64,000 nucleotides of DNA, from positions 124,620,001 to 124,684,000 of the forward strand of contig OZ024741.1 of NCBI GenBank assembly GCA_964016885.1, read 5' to 3'. Origin of the DNA: Eledone cirrhosa. Taxonomy: Eukaryota. A program made the position numbers and the translations under genes. Below are positions 50,905 to 64,000 of this stretch, piece by piece (the stretch's first letter is position 1; each line of letters starts with the position of its first letter). The notes under the pieces were generated by a model. That model was not told the DNA's origin, did not search any database, and saw only the letters and a list, made by a program, of their open reading frames with translations.

Positions 50905-52332
50905 GGTTTATTCTGCCTTTCCTTACCTGAATTCTTCCCTATCCAGAACTTGTAATCTCTGCCTAGCAGAGAAATTTACCATTATATCTAATTTAAATTC
51001 TATAATAAATAGACGCACGGATTTATTTTCTCTCTGCTTGCATAAATTCCACAGAACATTCCATAAAGTATACAACTAATATCTCAATACCTTACTAGTT
51101 TAAAATCCTTTTTCTCAAAGGCTTATATATGTTTTACAAATATACCCATCTTTCTACCTTATTTCAATAGTATATATTATATAATACAATTCACTCATTC
51201 TATATCATTCCTCTTTATCATTTTCCTTTCTTCCTTTTTTCTTTTTAATTTCTAACCTCTAATCTGTACTTTTTCTTCCCAACTACTTCTCAATTCTTAT
51301 TATTACTCACCACAACATTATCCATTCTTCCATCTTTCCTCATATCATTGGCCATAAAAATTATTTTTTTGATACATTATAGTATTACCATTAGAAGACC
51401 TTCGTAAACATATAATTTTTTGACGTTAGATTTTTTTCTTCCTTAAATTTTTCTTATCCCCTCCATCCTTTCATGCTCGTTTTAAACTACTATTTAATTT
51501 GACTTTTACATATTACAATACATAAAAACAAACTTAAACCCTAACTAATTTCTTTTAATATATTATATTATTACCATTAGAAAATATTTCGTAAACATAT
51601 ATACTTTTTGATGTTAGATATTTTCTTTCTTAAACATTTTTTCTTCTTTCCTTCCGCGCTCATTTTAAACAAACTATTTACGTACACATATTACATTACA
51701 TAAAAACAAACTTAAACCCTAACTAATTCCTCTAAATTCATAACTCATTCATTCTTCTCCTTCTTTTCACATTATATCCTTAATAACATTAATATTTTTA
51801 TTTTAATAATACATATTAATAAATTCTTTTCCTCGCACATATTATTAAACCCTTCAATATACAAACCTTAATTTAATACTATTCTTAATTCCTTTTTCTT
51901 CATGCATAAACCTCATTAACTTTTAATTTTAAAATCTTTTAAATTGTCTATTATCTTCCAACGGCTTTTTAATTTCTCTCTGTGAGACAATATATTTTTC
52001 TTTCTCAGTTGTAAATGCTATCTCTCTCTCTCTATCACCCATCTCTCCTCCTCTCTCCTCCTTATACTCCCCCCCCCATCATCCTTTACTCTCATCTCAT
52101 CCCCTTCCTTACTTTTTCCAACTCCCCTCACTTTTTCCCAATCTCATACATCAATCTTAATTTATTTTTCATATGTTGATTTAAAACTTCACTATTCACA
52201 AGTGTTTTTTAAGCTTCATATCATGTCTCCCTATTTTATCTGATGAGAACGCAGATATCATACCATGATGATATTTGTTTTTGAAATGCGCATAATAAAA
52301 TACTTGGAACTCTTTTAACCATCTTTTGATCT

Positions 52333-52335
<3 letters not shown>
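50905..52335 (+). mobile_element. 3' fragment of a second Penelope-like element: GIY-YIG C-terminus + long pyrimidine-rich pLTR ending in HHR
   Basis: ~50945-51050 reads RTCNLCLAEKFTII...INRRTDLFSLCLHK (PLE C-terminal motif); internal ~190 bp duplication 51375-51730; flanked by (TA)n. Confidence 0.75.
52232..52302 (+). ncRNA. Type I hammerhead motif F9
   Basis: UAUUUUAU-CUGAUGA-(CAGAUAUCA/UGAUAUUUG stem II)-GAAA-UGCGCA-UA-AUAAAAUA. Confidence 0.85.
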
Positions 52336-52397
<62 letters not shown>

Positions 52398-53471
52398 AAC
52401 GAGTAGGACCCCGACGGCTGAGCTCAAGCCGTTTCGACGGCTAATTCTGGACTAAATGAAAATTTTTATCCTGGTATTTGAATAGCCGAGCTTCTCAAGG
52501 GGTAATTCCATATATGGTCAAAGTGATTGTCACAGGGATAGGTCAAAATTTAGTAGTTGAGACATAATAATTCTATGATGGCAATTAGTGGAGGGAAGGG
52601 GTAGCTAAACCTGCCAGTAGGAGAAAGAGGGAGAGGGGTGGAGGAGACCTATTCATGCGTTGATAGTGCCGGCTACAGCTGGGCGTGAGGTCAAAAAAGA
52701 TACTAGGGAGGGGGAGGTGGAGGAAGTCGAAACAGTAAGTAGAACAATGAGGGGTAAATATATAGAAAAATACTGAGAGTGTTAAAAAGCAATTAAATGT
52801 AAAAAAAAAAAAATCTGGTTACTACGACCTAAGTCTCTCACTATTGCTAGGCTAAAGAAATATACTAGGTGGGACGGATTTAAAATGAGACCCTTTTAAG
52901 AGGTATAAGTAAATAAACCGAGTATATCTTACGGAGACGGGTCAACAAGTAGGGGCCAAAATACTAAAGAGACTACCACGAAATAATAAAAGTTTCTACC
53001 CCAACCACAAGGCCAGCAACCACCCAGTGCAAAAAAGTAAACTAATACGAAATAATAATTCAGAGTCCCGATAAAGAATACTAATACTATCTCTAAGGGT
53101 GGCGCCACGATACAAAAGTTCTAGTGCAAGCGACATAAAAGCTCGTACGAAGTGAAAGTAAAATTTGATACGGAAAATTAATTATCCGACCGCTGCCCCT
53201 TTTCCGTGCTTTCTATATCTCTTAGTGGCATCTTTGCTTTAATTTCTCGTTTATCAGTATTTTTTTTTTGGGGGGGGGGGGGGGGGTGATTCTGAATTAA
53301 TTTTCCGCATCAATTTTTACTTTTACTTTATACACACACAGAATTAGCCGTCGAAACGGCTTGAGCTCAGCCGTCGGGGTCCTACTCGTTCCTATTACCC
53401 ACTCTACTACCCTAAGTATTGAGTACTTTGGTGCATTATGGTCCACCTGGTACCTTACCACATTTCTTCCG

Positions 53472-53507
<36 letters not shown>

Positions 53508-53717
53508 GAAATCCCAGAAACCTATCGAAAATCTTATGGATTATTTTGGATTCATGTCCACTCGTGTTTAACCTGTTTGTAAGAATAGATGTGTTATTGT
53601 AGCAATATGATTATGTCACAATTATTGAACTATTTGTGTTCGCTCTGGGTAGAAATATACCAATTCCTCACTCAATGAATGCGTCGTGACTGCCTCTTAC
53701 AATTCGATAGACATTTG

Positions 53718-53796
<79 letters not shown>

Positions 53797-53798
<2 letters not shown>

Positions 53799-54128
53799 CA
53801 AACGGGATATTTAATTTGTTGGTAATTTAACAAATATAAATGTTTATAACTGCACTCGACAAGTTTTCTGGAGTATAATATTCAATGATATTTCTATCCA
53901 GGAAACAATGAACCGTTAAGAACTTGTTCCTGGTTATGTCAATATTTATAAAACAAACTTTGTATTTCATCTGAAACTATATTTATAAAACCATATTTAT
54001 TCTATTATATATATTTTTTAAGGGTACCAAAACTTTGGTACGCTCTCATCAGATAAAATACAAACTTTGTATTATAAATTTTGACATAACCGAGAAAAGA
54101 TACCTTAACGGTTCTGGTTTTCCTTGGA
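53797..54128 (-). mobile_element. F7-family element with degenerate HHR (GAAA mutated); copies at ~59782-60113 and 63882-64000
   Basis: Homology to 48352-48600 and 50466-50640. Confidence 0.72.
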
Positions 54129-54372
54129 TATATGTATATATATATATATATATATATAGTTAAAAATGTACATCCACATATGTATACTGAAATACTAGTA
54201 TGCATATGAATACACACACGTGTACATATGTAGATGTACCGAGTTTTTCACTGGACACTTTACTGTGAGTGTTCAGCTATTCTGTATGTAAACACACAGA
54301 CAAACCGGTTTTTAGAGTCATACTGGTTTTCGAGGAAACACCTTTCCTCTATTCTCCAGAAAGCCAGACAGG

Positions 54373-54417
54373 AATATTGGACTAGTTTCGATGTTGTTAC
54401 ATCTCATCAGCAATATT
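54373..54417 (-). ncRNA. Canonical minimal type I hammerhead F10
   Basis: AAUAUUG-CUGAUGA-GAUGU(AACA)ACAUC-GAAA-CUAG-UC-CAAUAUU. Confidence 0.93.
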
Positions 54418-54841
54418 TACCTATCCTCCGGCCTTTCTAGAGAATCGTAAAAGCACATATCGTTATATGCTTTTTCTATGAAAATTAGTAGTGGGCAGAC
54501 CAATTTGCATAGAGCGTGAGTACGTACCGGTTCAGCGGAGACGATAAAAACAAATAACGAAACGAAATTAAATTTCGTTTCGTTTGTAACTAACTTTTGT
54601 ATGACTGACGCTTAAACAATTAAGTTAAAAATGTACATCCACATATGTATACTGAAATACTAGTATGCATATGAATACACACACGTGTACATATGTCGAT
54701 GTACCGAGTTTTTCACTGGACCGCTGAACCGGTACGTACTCACGCTCTATGCAAATTGGTCTGCCCACTACTAATTTTCATAGAAAAAGCATATAACGAT
54801 ATGTGCTTTTACGATTCTCCATAAAGGCCGGAGGATAGGTA

Positions 54842-54886
54842 AATATTGCTGATGAGATGTAACAACATCGAAACTAGTCCAATATT
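54842..54886 (+). ncRNA. Canonical minimal type I hammerhead F10
   Basis: Same sequence as 54373-54417; GUC cleavage triplet. Confidence 0.93.
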
Positions 54887-55306
54887 CCTGTCTGGCTTTC
54901 TGGAGCATAGAGGAAAGGTGTTTCCTCGAAAACCAGTATGACTCTAAAAACCGGTTTGTCTGTGTGTTTACATACAGAATAGCTGAACACTCACAGTCAA
55001 GTGTCCAGTGAAAAACTCGGTACATCGACATATGTACACGTGTGTGTATTCATATGCATACTAGTATTTCAGTATACATATGTGGATGTACATTTTTAAC
55101 TCAATTGTTTAAGCGTCAGTCATACAAAAGTGAGTTACAAACGAAACGAAATTTAATTTCGTTTCGTTATTTGTTTTTATCGTCTCCGCTAAACCGGTAC
55201 GTACTCACGCTCTATGCAAATTGGTCTGCCCACTACTAATTTTCATAGAAAAAGCATATAACGATATGTGCTTTTACGATTCTCTAGAAAGGCCGGAGGA
55301 TAGGTA

Positions 55307-55351
55307 AATATTGCTGATGAGATGTAACAACATCGAAACTAGTCCAATATT
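55307..55351 (+). ncRNA. Canonical minimal type I hammerhead F10
   Basis: Same sequence; 465 nt downstream of previous copy. Confidence 0.93.
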
Positions 55352-55787
55352 CCTGTCTGGCTTTCTGGAGAATAGAGGAAAGGTGTTTCCTCGAAAACCA
55401 GTATGACTCTAAAAACCGGTTTGTCTGTGTGTTTACATACAGAATAGCTGAACACTCACAGTAAAGTGTCCAGTGAAAAACTCGGTACATCTACATATGT
55501 ACACGTGTGTGTATTCATATGCATACTAGTATTTCACTATACATATGTGGATGTACATTATTAACTTAATTGTTTAAGCGTCAGTCATACAAAAGTGAGT
55601 TACAAACGAAACGAAATTTAATTTCGTTTCGTTATTTGTTTTTATATATATATATATATAAATGTATATATAGTATATTTGACAATATGCCGTATGTTTG
55701 GAATTCGAGCTTTGATACCAACATCAGTACTTCACTGAACCACCAACACCATATATACATACACATATATATATATATATATATATG

Positions 55788-56340
55788 TTAGGATTGGTGC
55801 TTTGAAATAACCACGTATACCTGAATGTATGTATAGTATATTTGGCAACATACCGTATGTTTAATTAAAAACATTTTGAAGACCTTGTGCTATCATTTTT
55901 AGAGTAGTGACTGTGTCACTTTGTTCTTTTTTCGGCAAAGAAAGGGAGAGAAGCTGACAGATTCTATTTCACACTGTTGGTGATACTCAGAGCAACGCAC
56001 TCGCTATTTCAGAGAACCAATCCTAATCTTTAATGTTTGCTGGACTGACAATCTCTCTGTATAATCAGTTCATGCTTATTACAGGAATTATATAAGAATC
56101 CAGCTTTTATAATCTTCGGCTTAGGCGGAGAATACGTTGCTCTGAGTATCACCAACAGTGTGAAACAGAATCTGTCAGCTTCTCTCCCTTCCTTTGCCGA
56201 AAAAAGAAGTAAGTGACATAGTCACTACTTTAAAAATGATAGCACAAGGTCTTCAAAATGTTTTTAATTAAACATACGGTATGTTGCCAAATATACTATA
56301 CATACATTCAGGTATACATCGCTATTTCAGAGCACCAATC

Positions 56341-56345
<5 letters not shown>
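55788..56345. mobile_element. Fold-back element related to F3 with altered HHR core (CUGAGUA); duplicate at ~60272-60828
   Basis: Homologous to 3531-4370; HHR-like 55952-55993 (minus) and 56139-56180 (plus): GCU-CUGAGUA-UCAC(CAACA)GUGU-GAAA-CAGAAUCUG-UC-AGC. Confidence 0.78.
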
Positions 56346-56409
<64 letters not shown>

Positions 56410-56759
56410 ATATATGGTGTTGGTGGTTCAGTGAAGTACTGATGTTGGTATCAAAGCCATAATTCCAAACAGAGGCAGAGCGTATATATTAGAGATAACG
56501 AGGAAGTTTCGGTTACATGTATATGATATTTATTGCGTATCGGCCTTTTGCCTATGGGTGTCCTTGAGCCAATCCTTTGTGAAACGCATGTGACAGGTCG
56601 ATGCACAATAGATATCATATACATATAAACGAAACTTCCTTAGCGTGAACCTAATATAACTGTGTTCAATTGCTTCCTGTGGTTTGTTCTTTCATTTTCA
56701 ACTTTATATATACTCATATATTATATATATATATGTATATATTATTTATACACACACAG

Positions 56760-56847
<88 letters not shown>

Positions 56848-56988
56848 AACGAGGTGTGGTAAGGAACCAGGTGGACCATAACGCACCAGAGTACTCGATA
56901 CTTAGGGTAGTAGAGTGGGTAATAGGAAAATAGTCTGACCTAGCTGTGAAACGGCTGGTGCTTAGCCGTTGGGATCCTGAATGTTTCC

Positions 56989-57045
<57 letters not shown>

Positions 57046-57172
57046 AACGAGGTGTGGTAAGGAACCAGGTGGACCATAACGCACCAGAGTACTCGATACT
57101 TGGTAATAGGAAAATAGTCTGACCTAGCTGTGAAACGGCTGCTGCTTAGCCGTTGGGATCCTGAATTCTTCC

Positions 57173-57237
<65 letters not shown>

Positions 57238-57364
57238 AACGAGGTGTGGTAAGGAACCAGGTGGACCATAACGCACCAGAGTACTCGATACTTGGTAATA
57301 AGAAAATAGTCTGACCTAGCTGTGAAACGGCTGGTGCTCAGCCGTTGGAGTCCTGAATTTTTCC

Positions 57365-57400
<36 letters not shown>

Positions 57401-57444
57401 TGAAAATATTTTTGGCTTGTATTGGCCGATAGTGCTTCTTATAG

Positions 57445-57498
57445 CTTTAATTGCCCTGATGAGTCCTTAATAGGACGAAACATTGTTGGCTAATAAAG
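57445..57498 (+). ncRNA. Type I hammerhead motif F11 in a ~240 bp (TA)n-flanked element
   Basis: CUUUA..GCC-CUGAUGA-GUCCU(UAAU)AGGAC-GAAA-CAUUG-UU-GGC..UAAAG. Confidence 0.85.
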
Positions 57499-57639
57499 AC
57501 TTTTGATGTATTGAAGGCTTCTTTGTTTTATTTTCATAATTCTTCGGCTCTGTTTAATTACATTGAGCTATACCTTTACTGTCATTTCTATAATACGAAG
57601 AGGGTGTTTAACTCCAACACACTCTAGTATTTTAATTCT

Positions 57640-57722
<83 letters not shown>

Positions 57723-58332
57723 AGTATATATAAAGTAATAAATAGATAAATGTATTCACTCTAAATGTTTTTATGTGTGCGGGGGAAGTGCGATCATTAC
57801 TTTTGTAAGAGGATTTATTTGTATTTAGTTCAGAAAATATTAATTTCCACCAGTTTCTGACTTGTTTCACATCTAATTTATCGCCATCATAACTATATTA
57901 CGACAAGAGTCTGCTTCCAACTGGTATTGTAGCTGCAAAATAATGAGATATTAAATCTATATTAGATTCCATGTCTCCAACATAAATTACCTGCAGGAAC
58001 GTGAAATAAAACGTTTAGAAAGCAACATACACAAAAACAGATATATCTACAGTCAAATACGTAATAAGCACAGATATATCCCGAACAGCACACAGACACG
58101 TTCAGAACCACACAGTCATTCACAAATACTCAGATAAACACAATCACGAACTCACAGTCATACAAAAAAGAAGCGTAACAGACACTGTATTTGATGCAGA
58201 CGGACCAGAAACAATATTAATTGTCAAATACAACAGTCTGTATAAAATATATAAAAGTTCATCTTTTATGAGCTATTTACACTATCGTAACAATTTTAAT
58301 AGTACTTAAATTAAGGATAATAATAATTATTA

Positions 58333-58541
58333 TTTCTACTTTAGGCACAAGGCCGGCAATTTGAAGGGGAGCGGAAAGTCGATGAAATTGATCCCAGTGC
58401 CTACTGGTATTTTATTCTATCAACTCCGTAAGGATGAAAGGCAGAGCTTACCTCGGCGGGATTTGAACTCAGAACGTAAATGGCTTTAACTCTATGCTGT
58501 AAAGCATGTTGTTCGCCGTTCTAACAATACTTCCAATCCAC
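58333..58541 (-). mobile_element. tRNA-derived SINE, with further SINE fragments at ~58553-58745
   Basis: Reverse complement of the SINE family (GGATTTGAACTCAG; GGCACAAGGCC). Confidence 0.8.
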
Positions 58542-59675
58542 TTAATAATGATTTCTAGTATAGGTACAAGGCCAGTAATTTGGGCGTGAGCGACATATAT
58601 CGACCTCCGAAGGATGAAAGGCAACGTTGACCGCGGTGGACTTCCTACTTCCAGTGCTCATATCAAAACAACGTCAAATTTACCTTTCATCCGTTCAGGG
58701 AGTCAATCAAATAAAGTACCAGTAATGCTCTGGGATCAATTTAATCGACGTTTGTAATAGAAAAATAATCACCAATATAGCAAATGCAAGAAAAAATACA
58801 GTTACATGGGCAGTTCCACAGATATACCAAGGATGTGATAAATGTCGAACCAGAGTCACAAAGAAGGAACTGAAGAGGTTTTTGGTTGTTTCTCATAATA
58901 AAATACTCAGTAATAATTCCCAGTTGATATTTATTACACAGATTCACTAACTAATTATAGGATATATTAAATTGCTTCCTCTATAAAAAATATATGCAAC
59001 ATGATAATTTCTGGTTCAATTTTTACTGGCTGGTATGTAAAACAATCGGATATAAAACACTAGTGGTACAATCATATACCAGAAAAAACTTTGTGTATAT
59101 CGCTATGTCGGAGCACCAGTATAAATTTAATAAATCATTTGAATTGAAATTTCTAAGAAACTTTAATATCCTGGCTGTTAGAATAATTGAATGTCATAAA
59201 GCAAATAACATTATTCATAGTGAATATTTCATAACAGAAGTTAAAATTCCTTCTGAATTAATTTTCCGTATCAATTTTTACTTTTACTTCATACACACAC
59301 AGAATTAGCCGTCGAAACGGCTTGAGCTCAGCCGTCGGGGTCCTACTCGTTCCTATTACCCACTCTACTACCTTAAGTATTGAGTACTTTGGTGCGTTAT
59401 GGTCCAACTGGTTCCTTACCAGATTTCTTCCGTTATATATATATATATATATATATATATTCGAAATCCCAGAAATCTATTGAAAATCTTATGGATTATT
59501 TTGGATTCATGTCCACTCGTGTTTAACCTGTTTGTAAGAATAGATGTGTTATTGTAGCAATATGATTATGTCACATTAATTGAACTATTTGTGTTCGCTC
59601 TGGGTAGAAATATAACAATTCCTCACTCAATGAATGCGTCGTGACTGCCTCTTACAATTCGATAGACATTTGCTG

Positions 59676-59783
<108 letters not shown>

Positions 59784-60112
59784 CAAACGGGATATTTAAT
59801 TTGTTGGTAATTTAACAAATATAAATGTTTATAACTGCACTCGACAAGTTTTCTGGAGTATAATATTCAATGATATTTCTATCCAGGAAACAATGAACCG
59901 TTAAGAACTTGTTCCTGGTTATGTCAATATTTATAAAACAAACTTTGTATTTCATCTGAAACTATATTTATAAAACCATATTTATTCTATTATATATATT
60001 TTTTAAGGGCACCAAAACTTTGGTACGCTTTCATCAGATAAAATACAAACTTTGTATTATAAATGTTGCAATAACCGAGAAAAGATACCTTAACGGTTCA
60101 AGTTTTCCTTGG

Positions 60113-60143
<31 letters not shown>

Positions 60144-60824
60144 TGTATGTATAGTATATTATATTTGGCAATATACCGTATGTTTGGAATTCGAGCTTTG
60201 ATACCAACATCAGTACTTCACTGAACCACCAACACCATATATACATACACATATATATATAAATATATATGTTAGGATTGGTGCTTTGAAATAACCACGT
60301 ATACCTGAATGTATGTATAGTATATTTGGCAACATACCGTATGTTTAATTAAAAACATTTTGAAGACCTTGTGCTATCATTTTTAGAGTAGTGACTATGT
60401 CAATTTGTTCTTTTTTCGGCAAAGAAAGGGAGAGAAGCTGACAGATTCTATTTCACACTGTTGGTGATACTCAGAGCAACGCACTCGCTATTTCAGAGAA
60501 CCAATCCTAATCTTTAATGTTTGCTGGACTGACAATCTCTCTGTATAATCAGTTCCTGCTTATTACAGGAATTATATAAGAATCCAGCTTTTATAATCTT
60601 CGGCTTAGGCGGAGAATACGTTGCTCTGAGTATCACCAACAGTGTGAAACAGAATCTGTCAGCTTCTCTCCCTTCCTTTGCCGAAAAAAGAAGTAAGTGA
60701 CATAGTCACTACTTTAAAAATGATAGCGCAAGCTCTTCAAAATGTTTTTAATTAAACATACGGTATGTTGCCAAATATACTATACATACATTCAGGTATA
60801 CATCGCTATTTCAGAGCACCAATC

Positions 60825-60884
<60 letters not shown>

Positions 60885-61242
60885 TATATGTATATATGGT
60901 GTTGGTGGTTCAGTGAAGTACTGATGTTGGTATCAAAGCCATAATTCCAAACAGAGGCAGAGCGTATATATTAGAGATAACGAGGAAGTTTCGGTTACAT
61001 GTATATGATATTTATTGCGTATCGGCCTTTTGCCTATGGGTGTCCTTGAGCCAATCCTTTGTGAAACGCATGTGACAGGTCGATGCACAATAGATATCAT
61101 ATACATATAAACGAAACTTCCTTAGCGTGAACCTAATATAACTGTGTTCAATTGCTTCCTGTGGTTTGTTCTTTCATTTTCAACTTTATATATACTCATA
61201 TATTATATATATATGTATATATTATTTACACACACGCAGACG

Positions 61243-61323
<81 letters not shown>

Positions 61324-61448
61324 AACCAGGTGTGGTAAGGAACCAGGTGGACCATAACGCACCAGAGTACTCGATACTTGGTAATAGGAAAATAGTCTGA
61401 CCTAGCTGTGAAACGGCTGGTGCTCAGCCGTTGGAGTCCTGAATTTTT

Positions 61449-61493
<45 letters not shown>

Positions 61494-61532
61494 AAAAGTT
61501 TGGCTTGTATTGGCCGATAGTGCTTCTTATAG

Positions 61533-61586
61533 CTTTAATTGCCCTGATGAGTCCTCAATAGGACGAAACATTGTTGGCTAAAAAAG
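61533..61586 (+). ncRNA. Hammerhead F11, duplicate in second tandem unit
   Basis: Same core and stems; loop II is CAAU instead of UAAU. Confidence 0.85.
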
Positions 61587-61726
61587 ACTTTTGATGTATT
61601 GAAGGCTTCTTTGTTTTATTTTCATATTCTTCGGCTCTGTTTAATTACATTGAGCTATACCTTTACTGTCATTTCTATAATACGAAGAGGGTGTTTAACT
61701 CCAACACACTCTAGTATTTTAATTCT

Positions 61727-61829
<103 letters not shown>

Positions 61830-62439
61830 AGTATATATAAAGTAATAAATAGATAAATGTATTCACTCTAAATGTTTTTATGTGTGCGGAGGAAGTGCGA
61901 TCATATTTTTTGTAAGAGGATTTATTTGTATTTAGTTCAGAAAATATTAATTTCCACCAGTTTCTGACTTGTTTCACATCTAATTTATCGCCATCATAAC
62001 TATATTACGACAAGAGTCTGCTTCCAACTGGTATTGTAGCTGCAAAATAATGAGATATTAAATCTATATTAGATTCCATGTCTCCAACATAAATTAACTG
62101 CAGGAACGTGAAATAAAACGTTTAGAAAGCAACATACACAAAAACAGATATATCTGCAGTCAAATACATAATAAGCACAGATATATCCCGAACAGCAGAC
62201 AGACACGTTCAGAACCACACAGTCATTCACAAATACTCAGATAAACACAATCACGAACTCACAGTCATACAAAAAAGAAGCGTAACAGACACTGTATTTG
62301 ATGCAGACGGACCAGAAACAATATTAATTGTCAAATACAAGAGTCTGTATAAAATATATAAAAGTTCATCTTTTATGAGCTATTTACACTATCGTAACAA
62401 TTTTAATAGTACTTAAATTAAGGATAATAATAATTATTA

Positions 62440-62648
62440 TTTCTACTTTAGGCACAAGGCCGGCAATTTGAAGGGGAGCGGAAAGTCGATGAAATTGATC
62501 CCAGTGCCTACTGGTATTTTATTCTATCAACTCCGTAAGGATGAAAGGTAGAGCTTACCTCGGCGGGATTTGAACTCAGAACGTAAATGGCTTTAACTCT
62601 ATGCTGTAAAGCATGTTGTTCGCCGTTCTAACAATACTGCCAATCCAC
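62440..62648 (-). mobile_element. tRNA-derived SINE (duplicate of 58333-58541)
   Basis: Offset 4107 within tandem duplication. Confidence 0.8.
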
Positions 62649-63778
62649 TTAATAATGATTTCTAGTATAGGTACAAGGCCAGTAATTTGGGCGTGAGCGA
62701 CATATATCGACCTCCGAAGGATGAAAGGCAACGTTGACCGCGGTGGACTTCCTACTTCCAGTGCTCATATCAAAACAACGTCAAATTTACCTTTCATCCG
62801 TTCAGGGAGTCAATCAAATAAAGTACCAGTAATGCTCTGGGATCAATTTAATCGACGTTTGTAATAGAAAAATAATCACCAATATAGCAAATGCAAGAAA
62901 AAATACAGTTACATGGGCAGTTCCACAGATATACCAAGGATGTGATAAATGTCGAACCAGAGTCACAAAGAAGGAACTGAAGAGGTTTTTGGTTGTTTCT
63001 CATAATAAAATACTCAGTAATAATTCCCAGTTGATATTTATTACACAGATTCACTAACTAATTATAGGATATATTAAATTGCTTCCTCTATAAAATATAT
63101 ATGCAACATGATAATTTCTGGTTCAATTTTTACTGGCTGGTATGTAAAACAATCGGATATAAAACACTAGTGGTACAATCATATACCAGAAAAAACTTTG
63201 TGTATATCGCTATGTCGGAGCACCAGTATAAATTTAATAAATCATTTGAATTGAAATTTCTAAGAAACTTTAATATCCTGGCTGTTAGAATAATTGAATG
63301 TCATAAAGCAAATAACATTATTCATAGTGAATATTTCATAACAGAAGTTAAAATTCCTTCTGAATTAATTTTCCGTATCAATTTTTACTTTTACTTCATA
63401 CACACACAGAATTAGCCGTCGAAACGGCTTGAGCTCAGCCGTCGGGGTCCTACTCGTTCCTATTACCCACTCTACTACCTTAAGTATTGAGTACTTTGGT
63501 GCGTTATGGTCCAACTGGTTCCTTACCAGATTTCTTCCGTTATATATATATATATATATATATTCGAAATCCCAGAAATCTATTGAAAATCTTATGGATT
63601 ATTTTGGATTCATGTCCACTCGTGTTTAACCTGTTTGTAAGAATAGATGTGTTATTGTAGCAATATGATTATGTCACATTAATTGAACTATTTGTGTTCG
63701 CTCTGGGTAGAAATATAACAATTCCTCACTCAATGAATGCGTCGTGACTGCCTCTTACAATTCGATAGACATTTGCTG

Positions 63779-63871
<93 letters not shown>

Positions 63872-64000
63872 ATATATATATAAGCAAACGGGATATTTAA
63901 TTTGTTGGTAATTTAACAAATATAAATGTTTATAACTGCACTCGACAAGTTTTCTGGAGTATAATATTCAATGATATTTCTATCCAGGAAACAATGAACC

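Larger units (their letters stand above)
54159..55643. mobile_element. Retrozyme-like HHR concatemer F10: ~1.2 units minus + ~2 units plus of a 465-bp monomer, inserted in (TA)n
   Basis: Seamless head-to-tail repeats, inversion junction ~54720; absent from the paralogous (TA)n at ~60113-60140. Confidence 0.88.

Noticed and set aside
56478-56660. Imperfect ~180 bp hairpin with GAAACGCATGTG (duplicate ~60960-61140) as another HHR
   Set aside because: No CUGANGA box and no NUH triplet; may be a decayed fold-back but is not supportable.
56845-57365. Regularly spaced repeats resembling a CRISPR array
   Set aside because: Units are ~180-200 bp element copies separated by (TA)n, with no unique spacers, no cas genes and a eukaryotic context.
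58994-59308. 104-aa ORF identical at 63101-63415 (also the 68-aa ORF pairs)
   Set aside because: Identity reflects recent duplication, not selection; AT-rich with no recognisable domain.

Overview
Eukaryotic, AT-rich, microsatellite-dense intergenic or intronic DNA; the repeat content suggests an invertebrate, possibly a cephalopod, but that is inference. I can support no host protein-coding gene, and nearly all short ORFs are microsatellite or antisense artefacts. Retroelements dominate and split by microsatellite niche. (1) (ATT/TAA)n tracts hold three near-full-length, disrupted Tx1-clade LINEs (ORF1 zinc knuckle; APE-RT ORF2), one near-full-length R4/Dong-type RLE retrotransposon plus several 3' fragments, and a tRNA-derived SINE whose 3' end resembles the Tx1 3' end. 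(2) (TA)n tracts hold two Penelope-like element (PLE) remnants and many short non-coding elements. Reading these by hand gives about 11 sequence-distinct families of type I hammerhead ribozyme (HHR) motifs, more than 20 copies, most with a palindromic stem III. Many are head-to-head fold-backs, and some are seamless 319-490 nt tandem units resembling retrozymes copied from circular RNA. The last ~11 kb is a ~4.1 kb tandem duplication in which one unit carries an HHR concatemer at a (TA)n site that is empty in the next unit. All RNA folds were done by eye, and coordinates are good to a few bases.
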